Of a stretch of 64,000 nt of DNA, positions 18,437 through 28,556 are shown one piece after another. A model generated the notes under the pieces. It worked only from the letters and a program-made list of their open reading frames with translations. It searched no databases and was not told the origin of the DNA. The stretch spans positions 4,576,001 to 4,640,000 of the forward strand of contig CAWIPH010000002.1 of NCBI GenBank assembly GCA_963837955.1, given 5' to 3'. The DNA is from an uncultured Verrucomicrobiae bacterium (GTDB taxonomy: Bacteria > Verrucomicrobiota > Verrucomicrobiia > Chthoniobacterales > JAFAMB01). Position numbers and translations under genes: made by a program. The first letter of the stretch is position 1; every line of letters begins with the position of its first letter.

Positions 18437-18943
18437 ATGCCGCTTGATCTCCCCGTTCACCGCCTGATTCAATTCGACGACGAATTCGCAGAGTTCTTCA
18501 GTGATCCTGGTAAAATCGCACCGCTTGAGGAAGTGGGCTGTGCCTATGATGCATCGAACTTCCCAGAAATCTATATTCGTGTCAGTGATACGGTAACGGG
18601 CCCGCGGATACTGTTGCGCAATGTTGAACATGTCTATTTGCTGTTCTCCTTCAACAAAGAAAAACGCCGATGGTCCGCGAAGCTTGCTCCGGATCCGAAA
18701 GGCGTTTTGGAACATCTTTATCCTCACTTCGGTTTCTGGCGCGATCTTCTTCCTCTCATCACCGCTGCCGGAGTGCGCGAAGAGTCGACCGATATGGGAA
18801 AGCTAAAGAACCCCAAGTATTTGGAGGAACTCATGATCGAATCGTACCTGACGATCGACCCGCTCGGTTGTATTCGCCGTAGACTCAATTTACTTACGGA
18901 CCCAGGCCAAGCGGTTCGCAAGTTTGTGAGCCTTGAGCGATGA
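18437..18943 (+). CDS. hypothetical protein
   Basis: 168-aa ORF with globular composition, flanked by heptamer repeats. Confidence 0.65.
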   Translation: MPLDLPVHRLIQFDDEFAEFFSDPGKIAPLEEVGCAYDASNFPEIYIRVSDTVTGPRILLRNVEHVYLLFSFNKEKRRWSAKLAPDPKGVLEHLYPHFGFWRDLLPLITAAGVREESTDMGKLKNPKYLEELMIESYLTIDPLGCIRRRLNLLTDPGQAVRKFVSLER

Positions 18944-19087
18944 GCAGTAATCAGTAATCAGTGATCACTGATGAGGACGCGGGGGCAGGAGCTAGTATTT
19001 AGGAGTTCTGCTTAGCGTGCGTTCGCGTGGCTTTTGGGTTGTCGGACGATTTCTTGCGCTCCTACAGAGCGATCGCGTTATTGGATC

Positions 19088-19288
19088 TAACCCAGGGTTA
19101 CGCAAAGCCTCCGGGCGAAGCGCATGACAAATAGCAAATAGCAGATAGCAAATGAAGGCCTGACGGACCTATTGAAATAACCGGAAGCGATATGGGCTGA
19201 GTCCTCATACGCCTTCCGACTCCGCCCATCATCAACGGTAGTTCGAAGATCGGAGGAAGCTTCGTCGGACAAGTTGGCGTGAGAAACC
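19088..19288. repeat. REP-like palindrome with two nested insertions
   Basis: Compared with 775-828 and 12567-12680. Confidence 0.7.
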
Positions 19289-19450
19289 ACGAAGTCATTT
19301 GACCTTAGGCCCGTTCTGAATGTCGAATCTGATTTTGTTCCCTGGACGGTTACCTCAATCCAATCCGGAGCAGAGGGCGCGAAATCATCTCTACCGACCA
19401 AGGGCTGGGAGCGTTATTGGGATACCGAGCGTCGCTACCGAAAAGAAAGA

Positions 19451-22400
19451 TCAATCGTTCCACTGTTTTTTGAGTGAATCTTTCGCCTGGTCTTTCTGGT
19501 CGTCGAGCTTGTCCATCTTATCCTCGAGTACCTTTTTCCGGTATTTCCATTGGTCCTTGGCTGCCCCGGAAGTGTGATCAATCCAGTACTCAAAATATTT
19601 CTTCTGCTGTTTCATCGCTTCCTTTTTGGCGTCCCAGTCCGAGTCGAATTTACGAAACGCTTCCTTCTTGGCCTGGTCCCACTGTTCTTTGGTGCGATAC
19701 ACGGGAGTCGCTGAAACACGTGGACGGCTCGGGGCTGCCTTGGGGCTGGGAGAAGCCGATGCGTCTACCGTCGGGAAAGGATTTCCGTGAAAAACCGTGT
19801 TGGCGGGCCTGGCGGGACCAACCGGCGTGGGCGAAGCGCCGGGCTGCGCTGGAGTGGTCTGTACGGTGGGAATATTTTGGTCTGGTTCGTTTGGCTGATT
19901 TGCCTCCGAACCCCCGCTCCCAAAGACAAATTGCATGACCAACCGGCGATTCGCTTGAATCTCAGCAGTCCGCGTCTGATCCGGAGCCCCATCGGCCTTC
20001 ACCACCACTTGATGTTTACCGGGAGGCAAAATCCCCTCAATCGGCGCATGCCCGAGGCTAATCCCGCCGATCAACACCTCGGCATCCGTGCGATCAGCAG
20101 TGATCGAGAGCAGTCCGTATATATGCTTAAACTCAACAACGGAAGTTCCGTTCGGATCGGGCGTGAATCTCTGGCTGACCGGCGCTAACGAACCGATCTT
20201 CGAGGTCAGGTCCACTTGACCCTGCGGCAAGTTGTAACTGAACGGCGTTTTGCCAATTTCCGCGCCGGCTAAGTAAATTGTCGCGCCCGAGGGATCACTT
20301 TTCAGCGTCACATTGGTACCTTGAAAAGTATGCTGGATGGCAACTGAGGCGTCCGCCGTGAGATCTACGTCTTCAACGATCTCTGGCCACCCGGGTCGCT
20401 GAATTTTCACCTGATATTTGCCGGTGGGCATGTTTTGCACTGTCAGCGGCGTAATCCCCGAGGTCACTTTGTTCTCCGAGTCGATGATCACAAAAGGAAC
20501 TCCCGGCGGATTCGTCTTCACCAGAAATTGTCCGATATCTCTGACCAGCACGATTTGACCGAGATTGTTGATCGCATCGTTGGCTATGTCGGCCTCGACT
20601 GAGCGTGTTTGATAACCTGGAGATTCAATGGTCAATACCTGTTTACCGACTGGAAGCTGATATTTGATAAGCGGCGTCTGGCCAACGTCGCGCTCGTTCC
20701 ATTTCACGCTGGCTCCGTCCGGTTTTGTCGTGAGTGTCACAAAACCTTCGTGAGTCACCGGCTTTACCGGCTCGGATTTGTGAAAGAACATGCTAATCGC
20801 CAAGACCCCGGCGACCGCGACTAAGACGAACACTCCAATGACGGCAGTAACAATGCGGAGAAGCAACGGGGAAGTTCTGAGTCGTTCCTCTGATTCTTCG
20901 CCGGCAGACGATGCAGGCTCGGAGGCAACGCTTTCGCTGGGAATCGGCGGCGGCATTCCGGACGGACTTTTCGTTGGAAGCACGCCTCGGTCGGTCTGAC
21001 TCTCAGCCTGCTCCAAAGCGGATAAAAACTCGCCAGCAGAACCGAAGCGGGCCGACTCTACCAATGCTGTTCGGAGGACGCCGTTACCGGCTTCGGAAAG
21101 ACCAGAAAGAGGGCTAAATCGAAAGTTAGGACCTGGGCCATGAGTCTGCGGACTGGCGCCGCCGAGAAGCTCGTAGATCATTTGAGCCAGCTGTTGCGGC
21201 GCAGTCCGAGCAACTGCTTGGAGGCCAGTGGGAACGATTGTCTGGGTGGGCGCGGCGAATTGGGCATGCAGCGTTGTGCCCAAGCTCAATGTATCAACCT
21301 TAAGAAGGAAGGGGGGCCATCCGGTCACCGGCGAACGTTGGAGCTCAACCACGTTGTCGTTAGAATCCGCAGGCTCGACGAACACGTTCCGTAGCGTGAG
21401 ATTTGTGACCAGCAGACGTTTGGCCGCGACGAAGTCGAGCACCTTGGCCAAAGGACGAACCAACCGCGATGTTTCATCCCACTCGAGCAAGCGGCGCGCT
21501 CGCAGGAGATCCTGAAAGGAAAAGCCGCGGACCCATTCGCTCAACAAAATAAATCCGCGATCCGAGGGTTCGATCCCATATACTTCGGTCAAATTCGGAT
21601 GGTGAATACTCTTAAGCCGATCGATTTCGGCTCGGAAATCACCCAACTGTTGGGTGTCGAACTGAGCAGCTTCGGCAAAGGGGCGTAGAGCAAGGACGCT
21701 CGTCGAGTGTAGATCTTTCGCTTCGAAGAGCGACGCATCCAAAGGCGACTGGCCGAGAATTTCGTAGCGATTCCGAATGACTTGGCCGATCGCAAATCCA
21801 TCAGCGCCACTTTCGGAGGGCACTTCCCGCTTCGGAAACGGGACGGCGACGGTTGGATTTTCGCTCTTAGACTCTGTCAGCGCCGCATCCAACGCTTGTT
21901 TTAAGTCCTGCGGCGTCTGGAACCTGTCATCCGCTTTTTTGGCAAGGCATTTCTCGAGGATCTGCGCCACGGGAGGATGTAAAGTTGCCAAGACTTCTGC
22001 TGGAAGCGGCGACCCGAGCTGCTGATGAATCACGCTTGCGACCGAGCCTTGAAACGGAGGCTTCCCAGTAAGCATGAACCATAAAGTTGCTCCTAACGAA
22101 TAGATGTCCGAGCGGATATCGATATCGCGCTCCTCGAGTTGCTCCGGACTGGCAAAGTGCGGCGTTCCGACAAAACCGCCGACGGTAACAGTCACCGACT
22201 GATCGGCACCGGACAAAACCGATTTTGCCAATCCGAAATCGATCACTTTGACCAACAGATGGTCTTCGTCATCGTCGCGAACGACCATGATATTGGACGG
22301 TTTGATATCCCGATGAACGAGTTTTTGCTTATCAGCCGCAATCAAAGCTCGAGCGACTTGCCGGGTGATTCGCAGAGCGAGCTCGGGCGCTAACGATTCT

Positions 22401-22726
22401 GCTTGTTGGACCCGATGTTCGACCGTTTCCCCCTCTACATACTCCATCGCGTAGAAGAAGCTGCCGGAGGCACTTCCCAGGTGGAATACGGCTGCGACAT
22501 TTGGATGCCGGAGCTGAGCTGCGGCCCGGGCTTCGCGGAGAAATCGCTGCCGTGCGGCCTCGCTATTCAGATATTGCGGGTTGATGACCTTTAAGGCGAC
22601 GTCACATCGCAGGTTCGTATCGAAAGCCTTGTAGGTGACGCCCATCGCGCCTCTCCCCAGTTCCCACAGCGATCCGTCCGGGCGACGCAATACTTGAAAA
22701 TGTTCGAATTTTTCCGTTTCAGGCAT
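19451..22726 (-). CDS. membrane Ser/Thr protein kinase: kinase + pseudokinase + TM + PEGA repeats
   Basis: LGRGAMG, VALK, HRDIKPSN, DFG, ASPE; degenerate second kinase fold; TM; repeated S.P.GA.V...G.TP PEGA units. Confidence 0.93.
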   Translation of the reverse strand: MPETEKFEHFQVLRRPDGSLWELGRGAMGVTYKAFDTNLRCDVALKVINPQYLNSEAARQRFLREARAAAQLRHPNVAAVFHLGSASGSFFYAMEYVEGETVEHRVQQAESLAPELALRITRQVARALIAADKQKLVHRDIKPSNIMVVRDDDEDHLLVKVIDFGLAKSVLSGADQSVTVTVGGFVGTPHFASPEQLEERDIDIRSDIYSLGATLWFMLTGKPPFQGSVASVIHQQLGSPLPAEVLATLHPPVAQILEKCLAKKADDRFQTPQDLKQALDAALTESKSENPTVAVPFPKREVPSESGADGFAIGQVIRNRYEILGQSPLDASLFEAKDLHSTSVLALRPFAEAAQFDTQQLGDFRAEIDRLKSIHHPNLTEVYGIEPSDRGFILLSEWVRGFSFQDLLRARRLLEWDETSRLVRPLAKVLDFVAAKRLLVTNLTLRNVFVEPADSNDNVVELQRSPVTGWPPFLLKVDTLSLGTTLHAQFAAPTQTIVPTGLQAVARTAPQQLAQMIYELLGGASPQTHGPGPNFRFSPLSGLSEAGNGVLRTALVESARFGSAGEFLSALEQAESQTDRGVLPTKSPSGMPPPIPSESVASEPASSAGEESEERLRTSPLLLRIVTAVIGVFVLVAVAGVLAISMFFHKSEPVKPVTHEGFVTLTTKPDGASVKWNERDVGQTPLIKYQLPVGKQVLTIESPGYQTRSVEADIANDAINNLGQIVLVRDIGQFLVKTNPPGVPFVIIDSENKVTSGITPLTVQNMPTGKYQVKIQRPGWPEIVEDVDLTADASVAIQHTFQGTNVTLKSDPSGATIYLAGAEIGKTPFSYNLPQGQVDLTSKIGSLAPVSQRFTPDPNGTSVVEFKHIYGLLSITADRTDAEVLIGGISLGHAPIEGILPPGKHQVVVKADGAPDQTRTAEIQANRRLVMQFVFGSGGSEANQPNEPDQNIPTVQTTPAQPGASPTPVGPARPANTVFHGNPFPTVDASASPSPKAAPSRPRVSATPVYRTKEQWDQAKKEAFRKFDSDWDAKKEAMKQQKKYFEYWIDHTSGAAKDQWKYRKKVLEDKMDKLDDQKDQAKDSLKKQWND

Positions 22727-22788
22727 GCGTTAATCCCTTCGAGGCGAGAGCCACATCACTGTTCCAGACACCCAGAATAATAATGATC

Positions 22789-23250
22789 TCACTCCGGCTT
22801 GTCGATAACGAGCCGATTCGGGTCAGAAGCCTTTGGATCACGAAAAATCCGGGGAGGGTTCGTCGAAATTACTTTGTACCCGGTCAGCACGAATTCAGGA
22901 TAAAAGGCGTTGGAAGCAGGTTCATACACGGTCTGGCCGGAGAAATACCCCTCCAGGCGGTATTCTGTACCCTTGTCATACCCCATGGCGTTGGCTTCTC
23001 GGTCCGGAGCCAAAACCTTTTGCTCGTTGAGCATGATCAGCTGGGCGGTACTCCAGGGCTGTTGAGGCCGGCGCACGTATCCCCAGAAGAAGTAGTTTCG
23101 GCGATAAAAGCGACGGCCTATGTAATAACTGCCGGGCTGCTCTGCAGCAATGCTTTGGGCTACCTGCACCTTGGTTTGTTGAAATTCGTCGGTAACACAA
23201 CTGGACACCAACACTGCGAGCGTCGCAGCGGCGAAGATATTTCGCATCAT
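22789..23250 (-). CDS. hypothetical lipoprotein
   Basis: Lipobox-like VSSC; overlaps the upstream gene by 4 nt. Confidence 0.8.
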   Translation of the reverse strand: MMRNIFAAATLAVLVSSCVTDEFQQTKVQVAQSIAAEQPGSYYIGRRFYRRNYFFWGYVRRPQQPWSTAQLIMLNEQKVLAPDREANAMGYDKGTEYRLEGYFSGQTVYEPASNAFYPEFVLTGYKVISTNPPRIFRDPKASDPNRLVIDKPE

Positions 23251-24173
23251 AAAAGCTGCTGGAGATACGGCTCGATCGCTTCGGCGAAAGCATCTTCGTT
23301 GTGAAGATGCGGCAGCTGAACACCCGAAAATACGGCCCAGATTTCGGTGTGCTTCACGGTCTGGCCCGGAAATACCTCCTGGTAGGGTCCAAGACTTTCC
23401 AGCTCAAGAAATTCTTCGTTCGTAAACGCTTCGAAATTGGAACCCATGTCCGGATACTCTTTGCCTTCAATTAACGGGACGGTTTTCAAAAACAGGTGAT
23501 CGCCGAGAACATATCCAGACCACCGTTCCGTATGCCGTAAGCCGAATTTGATTGGCGGCCGATTGGTTTGCTCGAGCCGGATGAAGCGCCGCCCAAAATG
23601 AAGCCGTTCATCGCTGAGATCAGTAAACGGCCACAGACTTATGGTTCGGTTGGGCAAGAAGTCTCGGGGATGAGTCCCCAAGGGAGGCTGCGGAATAACC
23701 GCGAAACCACCGGGCGCCATCACGCTAAGAGCCCAAGGCGCAAATCGAAGCGGCGAGTTGCCCTGATTGGTCACAGAGTGCTCTACGCTGACTCGTGGAC
23801 CATTTGCGGCCAGCCGAACCGTAATATCTCTTCGGATCTGCGCGGGCTTTTGCATGAAATGGGTGACGTTCGCTTCGAATTCTCCTTCGATGCGGAATTC
23901 CACCGGAAAATTATCGAGAACGTAGGTTAAGCCATTCGGATCTCCGTAATCCTCCGGCGCTGTCCACAGACGATGTCCACCCCGGATCATCCAGGTCTTC
24001 TCGTGCGACTTCCCGCTTTGCTCGGTAAAGACCTTAAAGACATTGGTACCGTTGAGCGGGCGAAAAGAGATAATCCGTGGACCGACTTCGCGCAGAATCA
24101 CTACCTCGACTTGATCGTTGGCTAGCCGGAGATTGTCAGTCCAACCGGCGAAAGCGAAATGATCAGTTACCAT
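23247..24173 (-). CDS. hypothetical protein, DUF4380/galactose-mutarotase-like
   Basis: VGPRII, GGHRLW.APE, YPD, ELE.LGP. Confidence 0.75.
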   Translation of the reverse strand: MVTDHFAFAGWTDNLRLANDQVEVVILREVGPRIISFRPLNGTNVFKVFTEQSGKSHEKTWMIRGGHRLWTAPEDYGDPNGLTYVLDNFPVEFRIEGEFEANVTHFMQKPAQIRRDITVRLAANGPRVSVEHSVTNQGNSPLRFAPWALSVMAPGGFAVIPQPPLGTHPRDFLPNRTISLWPFTDLSDERLHFGRRFIRLEQTNRPPIKFGLRHTERWSGYVLGDHLFLKTVPLIEGKEYPDMGSNFEAFTNEEFLELESLGPYQEVFPGQTVKHTEIWAVFSGVQLPHLHNEDAFAEAIEPYLQQLL

Positions 24174-24600
24174 GTGCCTGGTTTTTGGCGCGCGATAATA
24201 TTTGGGGGTTGTTTCGAAGTACTGCCATCAACGACTCGATGGCATTGAGAGTTTGTGGGCTGATGTGATGTTCCATTCCTTCAACGTCGTGATAAACCAC
24301 TTCTTCCTCGATCTCTAGCATTCGTAGAAAATCAGTTAACAATTGGTGACGTCGCATGATATTACGCGCCAACGTTTCTCCGGCGGTCGTGAGCACTAAG
24401 CCACGGTACTTTTCGTACTTCAAGAGTCCCTCAGAGTCGAGCCGCTGCACCATATTGGTCACGCTCGCTTGAGAAATCTTCAAGCCGTGAGCGATATCCG
24501 CAACCCTCGCGTAGCCCTTGGTATTAATGAGGTCGAGGATCCGCTCCAGGTAATCCTCGACCGCAGAAGAACGAGCCACCGGCGCAGGCTTATCGGGCAT
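24163..24600 (-). CDS. mntR: DtxR/MntR family metal-dependent regulator
   Basis: EDYLE.I, ARVADIA, SVTNMV, RHQLL, DVEGMEHHIS. Confidence 0.88.
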   Translation of the reverse strand: MPDKPAPVARSSAVEDYLERILDLINTKGYARVADIAHGLKISQASVTNMVQRLDSEGLLKYEKYRGLVLTTAGETLARNIMRRHQLLTDFLRMLEIEEEVVYHDVEGMEHHISPQTLNAIESLMAVLRNNPQILSRAKNQAHGN

Positions 24601-24688
24601 AAAATTTGATTATCATATATTTCACCGAGAGTATCAACAATGATGAAATGCCGATCCGGCGCACTAGGAGCTTGTCCGAGTATTCGAT

Positions 24689-25222
24689 CTAAACTCTCTT
24701 GCGCGCGTATCGGACCACACCCTCCTCGGGCGGCTCGCTTAGCAATTTAAAGCCATTCTTTTCGAGAACCCGAATTGAGGCAACAAGTGTAGGTACGGTT
24801 TCCGCCGTCACAATTTGTACCTCGGGGTGAGAAAATGCCCAGGCGACCAAGGTGGCCACTGCTTCTGAAGCCAAGCCTAGCCGCTGATAATCAGGCATAA
24901 TCGAATAGCCGACTTCAACGATTCCTTGCCCAGAGGGCTTTCCCTTGAACCCACCGATGCCTATAGCTTTGGCCTTTTCGTCCGCGGTGCCGGTCAGGAG
25001 GAAATACCAGGCCGCCCAACCAGCGGCATCGGGATTTTCTGCGAGGTAACCCAGAGTAAACGCCTTTGAACTATCGTCGTTCAGTGGAGGTGGCCAGTCT
25101 CGCGGAACGTCAGCCTCGAGCAACTGAGAAAACTCAGAAATATTATCTAGATCGGCCGCAGCAAGTTCTGGTGTGGTAGACCTCAGTAGCAATCTTCGTG
25201 TTCTCAGCAAAATAGATTCCAT
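24689..25222 (-). CDS. GNAT acetyltransferase (RimJ/RimL-like)
   Basis: TRRLLLR, EVGYSI, QRLGLASEA, SIRVLEKNGF. Confidence 0.9.
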   Translation of the reverse strand: MESILLRTRRLLLRSTTPELAAADLDNISEFSQLLEADVPRDWPPPLNDDSSKAFTLGYLAENPDAAGWAAWYFLLTGTADEKAKAIGIGGFKGKPSGQGIVEVGYSIMPDYQRLGLASEAVATLVAWAFSHPEVQIVTAETVPTLVASIRVLEKNGFKLLSEPPEEGVVRYARKRV

Positions 25223-25366
25223 TCAAATCATGACGGTGCGACGTGAGTGGTGAACAAGTCATCCGGCTCCCATCGAACACATATCCCCTCAGACACGAGC
25301 GGCTACCAGAAAATCACCTTCGCCTACTTCGTGTTCGACGTGGTGGACCAACTGAATTTGCCGGTG

Positions 25367-26494
25367 TCAGCTATTCCCCAACAATAACGAGTTCACTTGT
25401 TGGTTAAATCCAATCGCTGTTACTAGAGCTCGATGAAGCTTCATCGAACGGCTCTCTCGGCAGAGTGACGGAAGCCGGTCTCCACCATGTCGGGTTCCAG
25501 GCACGGTTTGATTGCGAAGAGCAAGCGCGGCGAATGCCGTCTGGAAAAGCGAGCTTGCGCCGAGCGCCTCTCCCAATGCCGGTTTATAGCTATAAACCAA
25601 AGTCTTGGGCAGCAACTCGCGGAATAGCTGTTCTTCGATGCGGTCAACGAACGTACCGTTGGCGCTGGAAATTAGACAATCCGGAAGTTCTTCCTGAATC
25701 ATTGGCTCAACTACCTGCCGAGCTGCTGCCAGCGCATCTCGCTTGGAAAAAAATGGTAATCCCGGTCCGATCTTTAAAAGAGGAACCCCGCCGGTACGCC
25801 CGACCACGACGGCAGCCGCGCCTTCGCCAAAAACAGTTCCCCGCTGCTTCCCGAAAACTTCGAAGTCAGCTTCTCGGGCCGTCATCCGCCAGCTATCGAA
25901 TGCATCCGAGAGGACCCAATCTGCTTCCTCGGTGCCGACCACCACGCAAAGTTCCAGCTCGCAGTGACGAGCAAGAAGCTGGGTAGCAAAATGGAGAGCG
26001 GACAATCCGACTGATGAATCACCCACCAGAGTGTAGCTTTGGCCGTCTAACTTCAGCAAAGCAGCTAAATGACTGGCTGGCGCATTATATACCGTTTCCG
26101 GGAATAACATCGGGCTGACCGCGTTGGCGCCCTGAGTAATGAGCTCGTGATAGAAGCGCCGGGTATAATTTACTCCGCCCGAACAGATCGCGAAAATCAC
26201 TGCGCATCGCAGTCCCGACTCTTGACCGGGCGGGATTCCAGCGTCCGCCAGAGCATCGTAGGCGGCGGCCGCGCCCATCAGTGAAAGCATTCCGGAACGG
26301 CGCAGACGCGGCTGACGCCCCGCGTCCACGACAAATTTTTCGGGAACGGGAACATAGTAATATTCCCGATCAGCCATTCCGTTCGGCAACGTTTTTCGGG
26401 GCGCCTCATTCCCGGCCACAAGTTGGGCCCAGGTTGTGGCTGCGTTGGGGCCGAGCGGAGAGACAGCTCCGACCCCTTGAATAAACACGGTCAT
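25367..26494 (-). CDS. ketosynthase-like protein lacking catalytic residues (chain-length-factor-like)
   Basis: KS fold; GDSSVG, SSANGT and GEALGA replace the C/H/H motifs. Confidence 0.85.
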   Translation of the reverse strand: MTVFIQGVGAVSPLGPNAATTWAQLVAGNEAPRKTLPNGMADREYYYVPVPEKFVVDAGRQPRLRRSGMLSLMGAAAAYDALADAGIPPGQESGLRCAVIFAICSGGVNYTRRFYHELITQGANAVSPMLFPETVYNAPASHLAALLKLDGQSYTLVGDSSVGLSALHFATQLLARHCELELCVVVGTEEADWVLSDAFDSWRMTAREADFEVFGKQRGTVFGEGAAAVVVGRTGGVPLLKIGPGLPFFSKRDALAAARQVVEPMIQEELPDCLISSANGTFVDRIEEQLFRELLPKTLVYSYKPALGEALGASSLFQTAFAALALRNQTVPGTRHGGDRLPSLCRESRSMKLHRALVTAIGFNQQVNSLLLGNS

Positions 26495-27678
26495 ATTTCT
26501 CGTAAAACCAAAGAAGCGTTAGTCCCGCCAAATCCGAACGAATTGGAGAGAACAGTCCGAACTCGAGCCGGACGTGACCTGTTGGCAATCACCTCGAAAT
26601 TCCAAGTCGGATCGGGCTCCTCAAAATGAATATTCGGTGGCAAGAACTGCTGCTGTAAGGCGAGGACGCAAAATACGGCTTCGATTGCACCCGCCGCTCC
26701 GAGCGCATGACCCATCATCGACTTAGTGGAGCTGACCGGTACACCCGGCAGTAACTGAGAAATGGCAATACCTTCCGTGGCGTCATTATACAATGTTGCC
26801 GTTCCGTGAGCATTTACATAATCAATCGTTTCCACATCAGAGGATTGCAGCGCACGCTCCATGGAAAGCCGGGGACCGATACCGGACGGGTTTGGTTGGG
26901 TTAAATGGTAGGTATCTGTTGAAACACCGTACCCGCAAATTTCCGCGTAAGCCGTCGCCTTTCTTTTGCGAGCGGATTCTTCCGATTCGAGAATCAGCAC
27001 ACCGGAGCCCTCTCCCAATACGAGTCCGGTGCGGTGTCGATCAAAGGGTCGAATTTTCTCTGGAGTCGAAGCTTGGAGCGAATCGAAACCGACAAAAAGC
27101 AATTCCGCTAAAGGATCGTATCCCCCGCAAATCACACATGAATGCAATCCATCCCGGACCAGATGAAAGGCGTGCCCGATCGAATTAGTTCCGGAGGAGC
27201 AGGCATTCGAAACGATCTGCATCGGGAGACGCAGATTCAAGAATTCGAGGGCATCCAAAATGGGCTTTTGCGGCATGTAGTTTGCAACCCATTTGGCTGT
27301 TGAACGCCTCGACTTCGAGGCTAGGACTGTACGATAAAAGAGCTCCCCGTTGCTGATCGCGCCGGCCGAGGTTGAAAACACTATCAGCTCCGGACTCGGT
27401 CCTCCAGCCATCGACATGGCTTCTTTCAACGCAGCAGCAACCATCCGCGAACTTCTGTGCAAGCGTTGAGTCCGGCGACTTACTGGGAAAACATCGCTCA
27501 GCCAATCATCGCTCACTTGACCAGCGGTTTTGCAACGTGTTTTCGACACATCAAACGCGGTGACCTTGCTCACTGCGTCTCTTCCGTCTCGAAGACCAGC
27601 CAGGTTATCCGCACCATTGCGCCCGATAGGCGAAACGATTCCGAATCCGGTAACCAATACTCTTTGTTTCCCGTTCAT
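26491..27678 (-). CDS. fabF: beta-ketoacyl-ACP synthase II family
   Basis: SNACSSG, NAHGTAT, GHALGAAG, SNSFGFGG; start ATG 27678. Confidence 0.9.
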   Translation of the reverse strand: MNGKQRVLVTGFGIVSPIGRNGADNLAGLRDGRDAVSKVTAFDVSKTRCKTAGQVSDDWLSDVFPVSRRTQRLHRSSRMVAAALKEAMSMAGGPSPELIVFSTSAGAISNGELFYRTVLASKSRRSTAKWVANYMPQKPILDALEFLNLRLPMQIVSNACSSGTNSIGHAFHLVRDGLHSCVICGGYDPLAELLFVGFDSLQASTPEKIRPFDRHRTGLVLGEGSGVLILESEESARKRKATAYAEICGYGVSTDTYHLTQPNPSGIGPRLSMERALQSSDVETIDYVNAHGTATLYNDATEGIAISQLLPGVPVSSTKSMMGHALGAAGAIEAVFCVLALQQQFLPPNIHFEEPDPTWNFEVIANRSRPARVRTVLSNSFGFGGTNASLVLREI

Positions 27679-27912
27679 CAGGGGCACTCTTTCAGTTCGA
27701 ATTGCAAACTTTCTTGGATGGCATTCAGCGGTCGATGCAAAAAAACAGATTAATTGGATTTTTCTCACTGGAACCAGTCGAAACTTTCGACGTCAACCCA
27801 CCAAGTCCAGGGCAGCATACAGGTCGAAGACTTGGTCACTTGGTTCGCTTCGCCCACTCGGATATCTCCATTCTTCCTTCGACCAAAAGCAACATCAGCG
27901 TAATTTGTTAAC

Positions 27913-28413
27913 ATGGCGGCAGATCAATCGGATCCTTCCGACTACTCCTTCGGTCGTTTTGTTCGGATGATGGCCAATGCGTTTCGCTGGAAATGTCCGA
28001 CTTGCGGTGAACGTCCGCTGTTTGTTCCATGGTACAAGGTTCGGTCTCTAGAGGATTGGTTCATGCCTCTCGATGGATGTCCAAAATGCGGATATCCCTA
28101 TGAGCGAGAACCGGGTTATTTCTTACTTTCTATCTTTGCTATTAATTACGGCGTTGCTGCTCTCCTTGGAGTGATTGTTTACCTTGTATTGGATTTCTGG
28201 GTCCGTTTGCCCATCGGGATCACCTTGGTGTTGACGATCATCCCCATTCCGTTCTTCAATCTTTGGTTTGCCCGGCATTCTAAAGCCTTGTTTCTGGCTT
28301 TTGACCTGTTCTGTGATCCGCATCATCGAGATAACGGCGATGGTGATCAACCGGTCGGACAGCCTGATCATGCCCCGCGGGATCCGAGCTTGCACCCGGT
28401 GCGCCGAGGATGA
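27913..28413 (+). CDS. DUF983 domain membrane protein
   Basis: CPTCG...CPKCG..YEREPGYF followed by two TM helices. Confidence 0.82.
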   Translation: MAADQSDPSDYSFGRFVRMMANAFRWKCPTCGERPLFVPWYKVRSLEDWFMPLDGCPKCGYPYEREPGYFLLSIFAINYGVAALLGVIVYLVLDFWVRLPIGITLVLTIIPIPFFNLWFARHSKALFLAFDLFCDPHHRDNGDGDQPVGQPDHAPRDPSLHPVRRG

Positions 28414-28556
28414 GCGGTGCCGCAACTCCAGGTTGCTGCCAAATGAGAACTCCATAGAGGAACACCGAACCGGTATTGCCTTTTTCAGGAAAAACCGCGT
28501 CGAGAGGATCGAAACCGCCCTCTTGCGGCTGTCGGAGTTCAATGCGATAGCGGAAA

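Noticed and set aside
27679..27912. Acyl carrier protein upstream of fabF
   Set aside because: No ORF with a DSL-type motif was seen
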